Virus record (IMG/VR): IMGVR_UViG_3300027413_000002
From: a virus
Length of the DNA: 64,000 nucleotides
Direction: 5' to 3' (one strand)
Shown: piece by piece, positions 19,018-28,696 of the stretch
Position numbering within the stretch: position 1 is the stretch's first letter
Layout of the letters: every line of letters starts with the position of its first letter
Made by a program: the position numbers and the translations under genes
Notes under the pieces: generated by a model
The model's input: only the letters and a program-made list of their open reading frames with translations
Database searches by the model: none
Told to the model about the DNA's origin: nothing

Positions 19018-20454
19018 TTAAGATACGACCTTCACACCGTATCTTTTTTGAAATAAATCAGCATCTTTTCGACTATTTACCATCGGCTCGCCCTTAATAT
19101 TCAATGACGTATTCATCAACATAGGTGTTCCAGTATGTTTTTTGTATTGTGTAAGTAACCTATAAAGACCAGCATGCTGTTCTCTTGTGACAGTTTGTAC
19201 GCGACTGGTTCCATCTTTATGGACGATGGCAGGATATTTCTCGGGATCCTTCGCCTTTACGATAAATTGCATGTAAGGACTTTCAAAGTCCTTTTCAACA
19301 CAAAAATATTTATGAACATCCTCTTGACGAATGACTGGAGCGAATGGTCTGAACTCTTGGCGTTGTTTTATTTTATTGACAAGGTCTTGCATTTCCTTAC
19401 CTGTTGGGTTAGCAAGAAGACTTCTATTACCAAGTGCCCTTGGACCAAACTCAGCGCGACCGTTTGCAACACCAACAATATTGTTCTCCAATAATTCAGA
19501 GAGTGCTTCCTTGACTGGATATCTACCCTTTATTTCTTCCCCGAGGTATGGCGTTTTCCAATTCAACATCTGCCTCTCACCTGCAGCGATTGCTCCAATA
19601 GAACTTCCAGCATCTCCTGGATTTGGCATCACCCAAATATTCTTGAAGAACTTACTAATGTGTCTATTCGCAAGACAATTTAAAGCACAACCGCCCATAA
19701 GAACTAGATTATCTGATTTGGCGAGAGTTTCAGTGAGGCTTAGAAGTTTGATGAATTCTTGTTCGTAAACTCTTTGTGCAGATGCAGCTAAATCAAAATG
19801 ATCAGCTTGGGGGAAAGAGTTTCTACATCCACGATGAAAGTTAAACCCCGAACTGAGCATTGCGCTCATCTCTTCAACATGCCTTGGCTCTCCATACGCT
19901 GACATACCCATGAGGATATACTCGTCCTCGTTTGCTTTGAGTTGAACGCGATCCGTTATTGCTGAGTAGAAGAGTCCGAGGGATTGTGGGTAAACCCGTT
20001 TGCAAAGTTTTTTCCTGCTAATCTTACCGCTTTCATCAGTTGAATATAATGATATAGAAGTAGTGGTGAACTCACCAATAGCATCAATAACAAGAACGGC
20101 AGCTGAATCGAATTTAGAAGTAGCGAACCCAGCCGCTGCATGACTTTCGTGATGGTTTCCATACTTAATTTCTCCTTGTATACCATACTCACTCAGATAT
20201 TTACGAGGATTCATCCATTTGTTTGGTTGTCCTGCTTTATATTTTCTGAGTGCTTTTTTATATGGGTCTTCATACCAATGAATGATATCAGGTTTCCCAT
20301 ATGATAATGCTTGCTCTATCATTTCTTGATTGAGGTGTGCATCATTCTTCTTCCTGCTATATCTCTCGGTGTGACTAGCAAAAAGAATTTCATTATCTTT
20401 AACTACAGCAAGAGACCCATCATGAGTCCCTGCTGCAACGCCCCACTTAATCAT
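19018..20454 (-). CDS. carbamoyltransferase (NodU/CmcH family)
   Basis: HDGS, ERYSRKKND, HHESHAA, EFGPRALGNRSLLA, FRPFAP, HKDGTSRVQTV, NTSLN. Confidence 0.95.
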   Translation of the reverse strand: MIKWGVAAGTHDGSLAVVKDNEILFASHTERYSRKKNDAHLNQEMIEQALSYGKPDIIHWYEDPYKKALRKYKAGQPNKWMNPRKYLSEYGIQGEIKYGNHHESHAAAGFATSKFDSAAVLVIDAIGEFTTTSISLYSTDESGKISRKKLCKRVYPQSLGLFYSAITDRVQLKANEDEYILMGMSAYGEPRHVEEMSAMLSSGFNFHRGCRNSFPQADHFDLAASAQRVYEQEFIKLLSLTETLAKSDNLVLMGGCALNCLANRHISKFFKNIWVMPNPGDAGSSIGAIAAGERQMLNWKTPYLGEEIKGRYPVKEALSELLENNIVGVANGRAEFGPRALGNRSLLANPTGKEMQDLVNKIKQRQEFRPFAPVIRQEDVHKYFCVEKDFESPYMQFIVKAKDPEKYPAIVHKDGTSRVQTVTREQHAGLYRLLTQYKKHTGTPMLMNTSLNIKGEPMVNSRKDADLFQKRYGVKVVS

Positions 20455-20551
20455 AGATGAATGGATCCTTCTCCCGAAGTTCCTTCAAGCGTTTTTTAAA
20501 TGCGCGTTTTGCTCTCCATTCAGCATATTTTGTTTTAATCCATCCAACCAT
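20447..20551 (-). CDS. small basic protein upstream of carbamoyltransferase
   Basis: Hand-translated MVGWIKTKYAEWRAKRAFKKRLKELREKDPFIYD*; overlaps both neighbours. Confidence 0.7.
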   Translation of the reverse strand: MVGWIKTKYAEWRAKRAFKKRLKELREKDPFIYD

Positions 20552-21269
20552 TTTTCTCAAAATCCTCCTTTATTGTGTTCGACCACAGTTTAAAAACATC
20601 CCCATTGGGATGCAATCTATCCCTCGCCCTGTCTTCGTCGTTGTTTATCCACGCAAGAGTTTTACCCGAATCATCTATTTGTCTGGGAACATAATCCAGA
20701 TATCTCTTTATATTTAGCTGACGCATGGTGTTCATAATCTGTTTGTTTTGAAACAAATAATTATCATCTTTGATCCAGAATCTAGTATATGCCTGATTCT
20801 GTGCCCATGCACCCTCGTGCTGCACCCCCGTGTTTCCAATTTCAGGGTTAGAAAATTTCACATATCTATCTGGAGTGCTCCATTGAACCACAACCGCATA
20901 CGGGGTTACATTTTTTATGAGGTTTGCTGCGTTATATAACATAAACATATTTGATGACCCAGCAACACCAAGATTAATTACTGGTCTGCCGAGTTGCTTC
21001 TGAAGATGAGAAGATACTGTCATTTCTTGAGTCACACCAACACCCATCGTGCAAGAATCTCCAATAATTACAACAGAGTTTTTCCAGTCTATTGTATCCC
21101 ACTCATTTGTTCTGTAACCATCAGAATTAAGGTCATATGTTATTCTGACATCATGCCATTTCTCTCTCCAAGCACTGCATAATTTAGCATCTTCCCAATT
21201 CTCTGGGTTATCGGTCGCCATCCATTCAGGACTATTAAAATATGTTAAATTATTCCCCCTGATTAACAT
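20535..21269 (-). CDS. SGNH/GDSL-like protein
   Basis: YDLNSDGYR, GDSCTMG, NLGVAGSS, RDRLHP. Confidence 0.7.
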   Translation of the reverse strand: MLIRGNNLTYFNSPEWMATDNPENWEDAKLCSAWREKWHDVRITYDLNSDGYRTNEWDTIDWKNSVVIIGDSCTMGVGVTQEMTVSSHLQKQLGRPVINLGVAGSSNMFMLYNAANLIKNVTPYAVVVQWSTPDRYVKFSNPEIGNTGVQHEGAWAQNQAYTRFWIKDDNYLFQNKQIMNTMRQLNIKRYLDYVPRQIDDSGKTLAWINNDEDRARDRLHPNGDVFKLWSNTIKEDFEKNGWMD

Positions 21270-22119
21270 AACCCCTCCCACGTATTTCATCTGCCAACAC
21301 ATCAGAAAGAAACATGTGTCCTGTATTAGAAGGATGACCGCACGGTGTGATCAGACCTTCTGCAAAACCTTCTTTTTTATATCTATTGAAATATTCAAAC
21401 CCATAGATGGGTTGCAACTGATCTTCTTCTAAACCTGACTCTTGTTCTCTAACAAGAAGTTCCATTATTGTTCTGTTACCTCTAGGTCGGCAAAACAGAT
21501 CCCAATCGACAATATCTTTTAGATATTTTTTACTTTCTACAAAAATCCTGTCAGAAATAGACTGTTCATCGATCGCCAGATCAAATGCAGAGACAAGCAA
21601 AAGTTTTGCATTATTCACTTTACACCAGTTCTGAACTTCAGCAATATTTAATAAGCAATCAATTGCCTCCTGTTGAACACTGTTTCCAAACTCAGCATAT
21701 CCTTGCCAAAGTTTATTACCACTCATTTCTGGGAATATTGGTGTAAAATGATCTCGACTAATACCCGCATCTTTTACGACAAAATCAAATCTAGACATGC
21801 CACTCAAACAAAACACAACAATCTTATCAGAATCTGCATCTATCTTATTCATATACAGTTCTTTTGCAGCAGACCTGTTTCCCTTGCCAGACGAACCAAG
21901 GTTTATGGGAGTATACCCTATCTTTGTGGCAACGTGTGTGACCCAACTGTTAAGATTCTCTTCATCAATAATCCCAGGAATCTTGGTATCATGGTGATAA
22001 ACTCTGTCTCCATATTTTGCATAGAACTTTCGAGAAACCGAACCCTGTCCCTGCGTGAAACTATCACCAATTCCAATTAAATATTTACTCACCGAAATAC
22101 TCCTTATAATATTTCTCAA
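21250..22119 (-). CDS. SGNH/GDSL-like protein
   Basis: GDSFTQG, NLGSSGKGN, GHPS..GH. Confidence 0.7.
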   Translation of the reverse strand: MRNIIRSISVSKYLIGIGDSFTQGQGSVSRKFYAKYGDRVYHHDTKIPGIIDEENLNSWVTHVATKIGYTPINLGSSGKGNRSAAKELYMNKIDADSDKIVVFCLSGMSRFDFVVKDAGISRDHFTPIFPEMSGNKLWQGYAEFGNSVQQEAIDCLLNIAEVQNWCKVNNAKLLLVSAFDLAIDEQSISDRIFVESKKYLKDIVDWDLFCRPRGNRTIMELLVREQESGLEEDQLQPIYGFEYFNRYKKEGFAEGLITPCGHPSNTGHMFLSDVLADEIRGRGYVNQGE

Positions 22120-23263
22120 GTTCTACGTGTGCAACGTCAGGTTTTGATGAATTCTCTACGAGCGTATTGAAGTTGTGTTCTAGTACAGGGCGCATAGATT
22201 CATACCAAGATACCTTATCCTCAATAGAATGAATATATTTTAGAGTTTCAATGATTGCATCCATCCGCTCTGTATCGTCAAGAGTATCATACGATTCATC
22301 AAAGTAATCCGAGAATGTTTTATACCCTCGCCCCCTTAGTATTTCTAACTCACCCCTTCCTCCGAGAACAATGAATGGGTGATAACAAGCGATTGGTTTG
22401 AATACCTTTTCGCTCGTGAACGTAGATAATTCTCTTTCATAATACTGAGGTTCACTCACGACAGTAACAAATGATTTGAGAGCATAGTCATTGTGAATTC
22501 TACCCATGTAGAATTGCCAGTCTTTATCATGCTTTTCTCCAAGAATATAATGATCCCTCGAAGGGAAGCTGCACAAACCCTTGTCTAGAATATCAGCTTC
22601 TATCATCTTATCGAAAAACTTTTCGCGATGCAATCTTGGTCTTTTTTGTGGACAATTAAACGTCCAAACTTGATGCATATTCTTGACGCCAGTTCTTTTC
22701 TTGAGTGTCTTATATTCTATATTCTCATCTACTGTCGAAACTTGACTGTGTTGACGAATGGTGTTGACATATTCCTCAAACAAAGCATATGGCAAGCACT
22801 TAATTCTAGCAAAAACAGATCTATTGTTCGCCCATTCTTCGTATTGAGAATCTACCAACATATTACCCGTAATATAAACAATTGCTTGAGGAGGAATACT
22901 CAATCTACGACATTCATCGTGAAAAAACGAAAATAGCCATTCTTCATGATACCCCTCCAAAGAAAAGTCAATAAGAAACATGGCAGTTCCATCTCTGAGT
23001 TTTGCTAGATAATTTTCAGAAAGATAATCAAAGATAGATTTACCAGAAAGACCGAATCCTTTCGCCCAGTTATCAATCGCCCCATTAACACCAACAGAAA
23101 TCAAATAATTATAGTTGTCGTGCGTAATCAAATCAGATGGAAGCATCATCCGACACATAGTGTTTATCATTGGGCTTACTTGAAATCTTCCGCGACCATC
23201 AAGAATGTCGTCACAATCTATGAAATTTTCTCGAGTGGAAAAATCTTCAAACATAAAATTCAT
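22085..23263 (-). CDS. conserved marine-phage protein, possible glycosyltransferase
   Basis: C-terminal VVSE...SEKVFKPI..HPFIV...GYKTF..FDESYD block; GT call tentative. Confidence 0.5.
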   Translation of the reverse strand: MNFMFEDFSTRENFIDCDDILDGRGRFQVSPMINTMCRMMLPSDLITHDNYNYLISVGVNGAIDNWAKGFGLSGKSIFDYLSENYLAKLRDGTAMFLIDFSLEGYHEEWLFSFFHDECRRLSIPPQAIVYITGNMLVDSQYEEWANNRSVFARIKCLPYALFEEYVNTIRQHSQVSTVDENIEYKTLKKRTGVKNMHQVWTFNCPQKRPRLHREKFFDKMIEADILDKGLCSFPSRDHYILGEKHDKDWQFYMGRIHNDYALKSFVTVVSEPQYYERELSTFTSEKVFKPIACYHPFIVLGGRGELEILRGRGYKTFSDYFDESYDTLDDTERMDAIIETLKYIHSIEDKVSWYESMRPVLEHNFNTLVENSSKPDVAHVELEKYYKEYFGE

Positions 23264-23264
23264 A

Positions 23265-24281
23265 CTACATCAACCTATCTTTCCACGTGGTGGGAGTCTT
23301 GTCGTTCACGATTTCTAATTTATAAGCATAATCAAATGCCTTTGGTCCAACCTCTACAATATAGTCGACAGTCTTCTTGACTGCTTCTGGTAACGAGGTT
23401 GATGTTTTATAATCTAACAGCCTTCTTGCCTTTGTACTACTACAGAGAGCAAACTTAACTTCTTGAGGTCTTTTATCTTTGTATATGTATTCGCCTTCAA
23501 ACTTGCATTTTTCAGCAACGAGATCTGCCAACTCATTAATGGTAACAGCCCCTTCATCTGGTCCAATATTTATTACTTCATTCACAACATCATCATCGAG
23601 TGCCATCTTTGTCAGGCAAGAGACGCAATCAGCAACGTATGAGAAACATCGTTTCTGCTCACCGTCTCCATAAATGATCGCAGGTTTACCCTGTAGATTT
23701 CTATTTGCCATAATACTCACAACATTGCGGTATGGGTCATCAAACCTCTGACGCTCACCGATAATGTTATGGGGGACTGCTATGTTATATTCCATTCCAT
23801 GGACATCTGCAAGGCACTTCAACGTATCTTCTGCAGCAACCTTCGCGATACCATAAGGATCGACTGGCATCGGTTTCATATCTTCTTTAAACGGATTTAA
23901 TGTCCCAGATTGTTTACCATACCGAGCCATACTACTACAGAACACAAACCGCTTCACGTTGTTTGCAATACTTGCGCTGATCACTGAAACACTTGCTTCA
24001 TAGATGTTACGAGTAATAAACGATGGGCTGAACACAGAGAATCCCTCGTGCGCAGTTGCAGCACAATGAACAACAATATCAATATCTTCGTGTGACATCA
24101 TGTCACTCATTAAGATCTGATCTCGGCAGTCAGCCTGATAAAATTTTACGTCGCGGTGTAGATTACAGCGGAATCCACCAATAAGATTATCCACCCCGAC
24201 CACATCGTGACCAAGATGAATAAATTTATCAGCTAGATGACTCCCCAGAAATCCTGCTACACCTGTTATAAAAATCTTCAT
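23265..24281 (-). CDS. NAD-dependent nucleotide-sugar epimerase/dehydratase
   Basis: ITGVAGFLGSH, SSMARYG, PYGIAK, GDGEQKRCFSYV. Confidence 0.92.
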   Translation of the reverse strand: MKIFITGVAGFLGSHLADKFIHLGHDVVGVDNLIGGFRCNLHRDVKFYQADCRDQILMSDMMSHEDIDIVVHCAATAHEGFSVFSPSFITRNIYEASVSVISASIANNVKRFVFCSSMARYGKQSGTLNPFKEDMKPMPVDPYGIAKVAAEDTLKCLADVHGMEYNIAVPHNIIGERQRFDDPYRNVVSIMANRNLQGKPAIIYGDGEQKRCFSYVADCVSCLTKMALDDDVVNEVINIGPDEGAVTINELADLVAEKCKFEGEYIYKDKRPQEVKFALCSSTKARRLLDYKTSTSLPEAVKKTVDYIVEVGPKAFDYAYKLEIVNDKTPTTWKDRLM

Positions 24282-25626
24282 ATTCGGGGAATGTCTCCAA
24301 GAAATTTGTTTTACGTCTTCGATCGTGCTCGTTAAACCAATTGTAGAAATCTTTTCGTCCTTCGTTCAATTTTTCTTCACCATAATCACTGGTAGCCATA
24401 TAATCGTGGACTCGTCTGAACTTCTCAAACTCAATCGTCTGGAACATAGTCGGGTCTGCATCATCAACATTTTCTTCAATGAAGTCAAGGCACTCTTTCA
24501 TATAAGGCATGAATTCATCTTTCGGTAGAATGTTCATATCATAATGCAAAGGTTCTTTGAGGTATGGTGTGTCGAATCTGATTGTTCTCATTGACGTGCT
24601 GTCTGGAACGATAATTCCTTCGTATTGTTTACGCCACTCTAGAATCTTAACCAATAAAGATTTGAACGTGGAAACAGTCAATGCATTAAATGTAATCATA
24701 AGATTGATTGGCGTCTTCGCTGTGTTGGCATAATAATGGAAGTTCCTCTCCCATAAATCCAGCTTCAATCCTGTCCTTATATACTCCGCTCTTTCATTCC
24801 AACAGTCAATACTCGTGTACAACGCAAAACTCTTAACAGCATTTTTCTCTCTGATCAGGTTCACATTTGCAGCAAGATTATCAACAAACTTCTCTTTCAC
24901 GCCCAGATTTGTATTTATGTTTAACTCGAGGTGTGGTTGTGGGTTTCGGTGCAATTCCTCGAACAACCTCCATGTAGACTTATGCATCAGAGGTTCGCCA
25001 CCAGTCAACCGCAAGATACTCAGAGTCTTGACAACTTCTGGATACCACTTCCACCATGCTTCAACATATGGGTTTTCGTGTTCTTCATATGCTTTAAACC
25101 AATCAATATCCAATCGGTGATTCTTAACCATATCATATGGTCCAAACTTCTTAATCTCTGACATAAATCGAGAGGAAGAATTAGGATGACAATATCCGCA
25201 TTTAAAGTTACACTCATTGCTGAATGCTAATTCGATGTAATCTGGGTTAACATCAAACTTCCAGTCTGACGCGATGATGTCATTGAGTCTTTCTGGTCTA
25301 TATAGAGATGCGGATCTGATCACGCGGTCAGAGATATAATCCTCACCCATATCCTCGACGTTCCAACAATAATTACACCCAACACACTTCTCTCCATCGA
25401 GCATCTGTTTACGTTCTTCTTTTTTGTGGGGTGTGTTGTGCAATTGACTTGGATTTTCCGCTAGACCTTCCAACGGGATCTTATGTGGTGCTGGGTGATA
25501 GCACGAGTGAGTCATACCAGTCTGCAGATAGATGGTTGTGTGATACCATTTAGCAAAACAAAATGTCGGGCTAACCATATCATCCATTGCATCGCGCAAC
25601 AGCAACGCTTTATCTAAATCACTCAT
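24229..25626 (-). CDS. radical SAM protein with N-terminal twitch-like Cys domain
   Basis: FCFAKW..HSCYH..CNYCW; CNFKCGYC; TGGEPL; NTNL. Confidence 0.9.
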   Translation of the reverse strand: MSDLDKALLLRDAMDDMVSPTFCFAKWYHTTIYLQTGMTHSCYHPAPHKIPLEGLAENPSQLHNTPHKKEERKQMLDGEKCVGCNYCWNVEDMGEDYISDRVIRSASLYRPERLNDIIASDWKFDVNPDYIELAFSNECNFKCGYCHPNSSSRFMSEIKKFGPYDMVKNHRLDIDWFKAYEEHENPYVEAWWKWYPEVVKTLSILRLTGGEPLMHKSTWRLFEELHRNPQPHLELNINTNLGVKEKFVDNLAANVNLIREKNAVKSFALYTSIDCWNERAEYIRTGLKLDLWERNFHYYANTAKTPINLMITFNALTVSTFKSLLVKILEWRKQYEGIIVPDSTSMRTIRFDTPYLKEPLHYDMNILPKDEFMPYMKECLDFIEENVDDADPTMFQTIEFEKFRRVHDYMATSDYGEEKLNEGRKDFYNWFNEHDRRRKTNFLETFPEYEDFYNRCSRISGESSS

Positions 25627-25648
25627 GTAACCTGTTCCCTGTGTTTAA

Positions 25649-26284
25649 TCATTTTATACCAACGGTCATAAAGCGTGTGAACTGTTTACCTTCTGGTCCA
25701 TCGCATTTGAATTCAAACTCATTCAGACTGCCTTCACAATGGTTCATTCTCTTGAAATCTTCCATGTCGACCGAACATCTAATATGCTCTGGGTCTTCAA
25801 AAAAGTTATTTCCTTGAAGCAGGTAGAATGTCCCTGATGGAATTTTATCCCACCAACCATCATATGTGTCTTGATTGACGTGTTCCGTGATGGTGTTTAT
25901 AACCGTGTTGGGTGGAATATTCCAAGAATACTCCCAATCAGCCATGTCAGCAGTGTATGGTAAAATATGGTTTGAGTCTGGATACAAGTCGCTAATCACC
26001 CAATCACAAATAGGGTCTATATCAATAGACAAGATAATATTTGCAATGAGGTTGTCCGAGTCTTCAATTAATTTTGCAAGGAGACCATACCATCCACCAA
26101 AAATGTAAACATTTCCTAACATCTCCCGATCTTCTAATAGAGATATAATGTTTTGTTTGCTTGTTAGCTGGCTCTCCCAGAAACAGTCCATAAACCGTTC
26201 AGCGAGATCAGGGTGGAAGCGGATGAACTTCATCCAGCGGGAAAGGGTTTCAGGTTTTATTTCCAAAGTGGGTCTCATAATCAT
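25649..26284 (-). CDS. class I SAM-dependent methyltransferase-like protein
   Basis: IFGGWYGLLA, SIDIDP, VINTITEH. Confidence 0.75.
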   Translation of the reverse strand: MIMRPTLEIKPETLSRWMKFIRFHPDLAERFMDCFWESQLTSKQNIISLLEDREMLGNVYIFGGWYGLLAKLIEDSDNLIANIILSIDIDPICDWVISDLYPDSNHILPYTADMADWEYSWNIPPNTVINTITEHVNQDTYDGWWDKIPSGTFYLLQGNNFFEDPEHIRCSVDMEDFKRMNHCEGSLNEFEFKCDGPEGKQFTRFMTVGIK

Positions 26285-26320
26285 TTATACGTTATTTATG
26301 CTTGGAAAATAGCATTAAAT

Positions 26321-26359
26321 TATAAATAGGATGATACTATATTGCGCGTCAAAAGTCAA
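26321..26359. promoter_or_regulatory. divergent control region: + late promoter (26321-26328) for csg/cyclase operon; - TTGACT-17-TATCAT (26359-26331)
   Basis: Both motifs read directly. Confidence 0.7.
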
Positions 26360-26389
26360 GCACTATGGTGTCAAAAAGAGAGAGATAAA

Positions 26390-26671
26390 ATGACTGAAGT
26401 ATTTAACCTCATAAGTGAGTTGGGGTTCCCAATCGCGTCTGCGATTATTGGTGGCTTCTTCATGTTCCTTACGCTCAAATATATTATGTCTGGTGTCATT
26501 GACCAAGTGAAGAGTATGCACGGAATCGTGAGTGCCCTTGATAATCGCATCAAAACGATGAACCATGATATAATTCGTCTTGATACAACAATGTGTGTCG
26601 TACTGGGGATAAGACCCGACTTGAATCGTATATCGAGAGCAGACGGTAAGACGGATGCGCGGAGAGACTAA
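26390..26671 (+). CDS. small membrane protein (GFPI motif, paralog of 27153)
   Basis: ELGFPIA + one TM helix + coiled coil with DIIRL; GAGAGAG leader. Confidence 0.75.
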   Translation: MTEVFNLISELGFPIASAIIGGFFMFLTLKYIMSGVIDQVKSMHGIVSALDNRIKTMNHDIIRLDTTMCVVLGIRPDLNRISRADGKTDARRD

Positions 26672-26674
26672 ACT

Positions 26675-27151
26675 ATGATCGACCCAGTATCAGCAGTAAT
26701 GACAGCAACAGCTGCATTCAATGGAATAAAGAGGATAGTAGAAGCGGGACAAAACGTAGAACAAACATTCGCACAGATCGGCAAGTGGTATGGTGCGGTG
26801 TCAGACTTCAACGAAGCAAAGAGACAAATGGAAAATCCCCCGCTGTTTAAAAAATTGGTTGCGACCATGTCTGTTGAAGAAGAGGCAATTAATGTCTATA
26901 TTCAAGAGAAGAAAATAAAAGAGCAGGAATCTCAGTTGAGAGAATTATTGCTCTATGCATATGGTCCAGCTGCATATACAGAACTAACTCAATTGAGAAG
27001 AAAGATAAAAGAAGACCGAGAAAGAACAATCTACGCGCAAGAAAGAAAACGTAGAGCATTTGCATGGAACAGCATAGGTTGGTTGTCGGTTTCTCTTATG
27101 GGATATGGGTTATATTTGATGGTAGCAGCAATGATTTCGATGGCTCCCTAA
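26675..27151 (+). CDS. coiled-coil protein with C-terminal TM helix
   Basis: MIDPVSA N-terminus, charged helical core, hydrophobic tail. Confidence 0.7.
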   Translation: MIDPVSAVMTATAAFNGIKRIVEAGQNVEQTFAQIGKWYGAVSDFNEAKRQMENPPLFKKLVATMSVEEEAINVYIQEKKIKEQESQLRELLLYAYGPAAYTELTQLRRKIKEDRERTIYAQERKRRAFAWNSIGWLSVSLMGYGLYLMVAAMISMAP

Positions 27152-27152
27152 T

Positions 27153-27410
27153 ATGGATATTGTTACAGCCATAAAGGATTTCGGATTCCCCATAGTTGCT
27201 GCTGTCGGCATGCTGTATATGATATACTATGTTTGGAGAACGATAACAGAACAGATTGAGTCAAATTTAAGCGATGCACAAACAACCCTGATTGGGCTGA
27301 TTGATAGAGTTAGGATGTTGGATAATGACATCATAAGATTGCAACAGAAACTTGACACGGCAATCGAAGTGAAAGGATTGAAAGATGAAGACAACAAGAA
27401 ACGGAAGTGA
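27153..27410 (+). CDS. small membrane protein (GFPI motif)
   Basis: DFGFPIVA + TM + DNDIIRL. Confidence 0.75.
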   Translation: MDIVTAIKDFGFPIVAAVGMLYMIYYVWRTITEQIESNLSDAQTTLIGLIDRVRMLDNDIIRLQQKLDTAIEVKGLKDEDNKKRK

Positions 27411-27930
27411 ACAGCGAGCGTGGCGAATGATGCGAAAATCAGTAGGCGTCCGAGTTTGGGCATTGAGTGATTTGATTCAAGCATTCGTTCTTGGCGTTGG
27501 GTTTGCTTTGATGTTTTCATTAATATCTGACCTCGCATATGGTGCGCCAATAGAACATAAATTTAAGTCGCCATCATTTAGTGGCATCAATCAGAGTTCT
27601 CACTATTTGACAATTGAAAATCAAGAGACAAGTCGTAAAGATGCTCTGAAGCAAGAAATTGAAGACTTGCAAAAACAACTAGATCGGGATGCAGAGAATA
27701 CAACGCTCGCAAAGTTTATAAGAAATGTAGAGAGTCGGATTTACTCTACACTTTCCAGACAACTGGTTGAAGGTATGTTTGGTGAGAATCCGAGTAATGA
27801 AGGATCCTTCGATATTGAAGGAACAGGGATAACATACGTCAAAGATGGCGATATTGTGGAGTTGACCATAACAGATGAGAACGGTAAAGTTACTGTCATC
27901 ACTATTCCTATTGGGGATTTTGGGATCTAG
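27385..27930 (+). CDS. csgF: curli assembly component CsgF-like
   Basis: Hydrophobic signal, then HKFKSPSFSG...LTIENQE (cf. CsgF FQFRNPNFGG); C-terminal TITDENG..TVITIP; next to csgG; start uncertain. Confidence 0.82.
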   Translation: MKTTRNGSEQRAWRMMRKSVGVRVWALSDLIQAFVLGVGFALMFSLISDLAYGAPIEHKFKSPSFSGINQSSHYLTIENQETSRKDALKQEIEDLQKQLDRDAENTTLAKFIRNVESRIYSTLSRQLVEGMFGENPSNEGSFDIEGTGITYVKDGDIVELTITDENGKVTVITIPIGDFGI

Positions 27931-28696
27931 TATATCTGGATGTACCACGGTTGGCAGCAACTGGGAGATTCCTACAGAAAAAGAAGCAACTGTTCAGGTG
28001 ACATTACTCGAACAGAAACTGATAGATGTACCACCTCCAATAAGAAGACCCTCTGTGGCTTTGTATAGATTCACAGATCAGACGGGACAGAAAAAACAAA
28101 ACGCGAATGGTGGAACATCATTCAGCACTGCGGTTACTCAGGCTCCAGATGTATATCTGATCAGAGCACTGAAGAGAGCGGCTGGCGGTAAGTTCTTCCA
28201 AGTCATTGATCGTTCTATTTTAGATGACCTCACCAAAGAGAGGCAACTGATAAGACAGACAAGGCAGAGTTATAATGGAGAAGGTGCAAAGAAATTACCC
28301 GCGCTTACATTTGCAGGAATGCTTGTAACAGGTGGTATAGTTGGTTATGACCATGCTATGGATTCTGGTGGTGCTGGTGCAAGATATCTCGGTATCGGAA
28401 CTAGCAGAGAATTTAGTCGAGACACAGTGACTATCAATATACGTTTGGTGAGTGTCGCGACAGGGGAGGTATTACTCGAGGTAATATCAAGCAAAACAAT
28501 ACTATCGACTGCTTATGGTGGAGATGTATTTAAATTTATAGAGAAAGGCACTGAACTTGTCGAAATAGAGTCTGGTGTCGCTTCAAATGAGAGCGTATCT
28601 ATTGCCACGCAAAGAGCAATTGAAACAGGTGTTCTGGAAGTCATCGAAAGAGGAAACTCTCTCGGATTCTGGACATACAACGGGAGTAACAAATGA
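27875..28696 (+). CDS. csgG: curli secretion channel lipoprotein CsgG
   Basis: Lipobox ISGC; VALYRFTDQTGQ, FSTAVTQ, LTKERQLIR, GGAGARYLGIG, DTVTINIRLVSVATGEVL. Confidence 0.92.
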   Translation: MRTVKLLSSLFLLGILGSSISGCTTVGSNWEIPTEKEATVQVTLLEQKLIDVPPPIRRPSVALYRFTDQTGQKKQNANGGTSFSTAVTQAPDVYLIRALKRAAGGKFFQVIDRSILDDLTKERQLIRQTRQSYNGEGAKKLPALTFAGMLVTGGIVGYDHAMDSGGAGARYLGIGTSREFSRDTVTINIRLVSVATGEVLLEVISSKTILSTAYGGDVFKFIEKGTELVEIESGVASNESVSIATQRAIETGVLEVIERGNSLGFWTYNGSNK

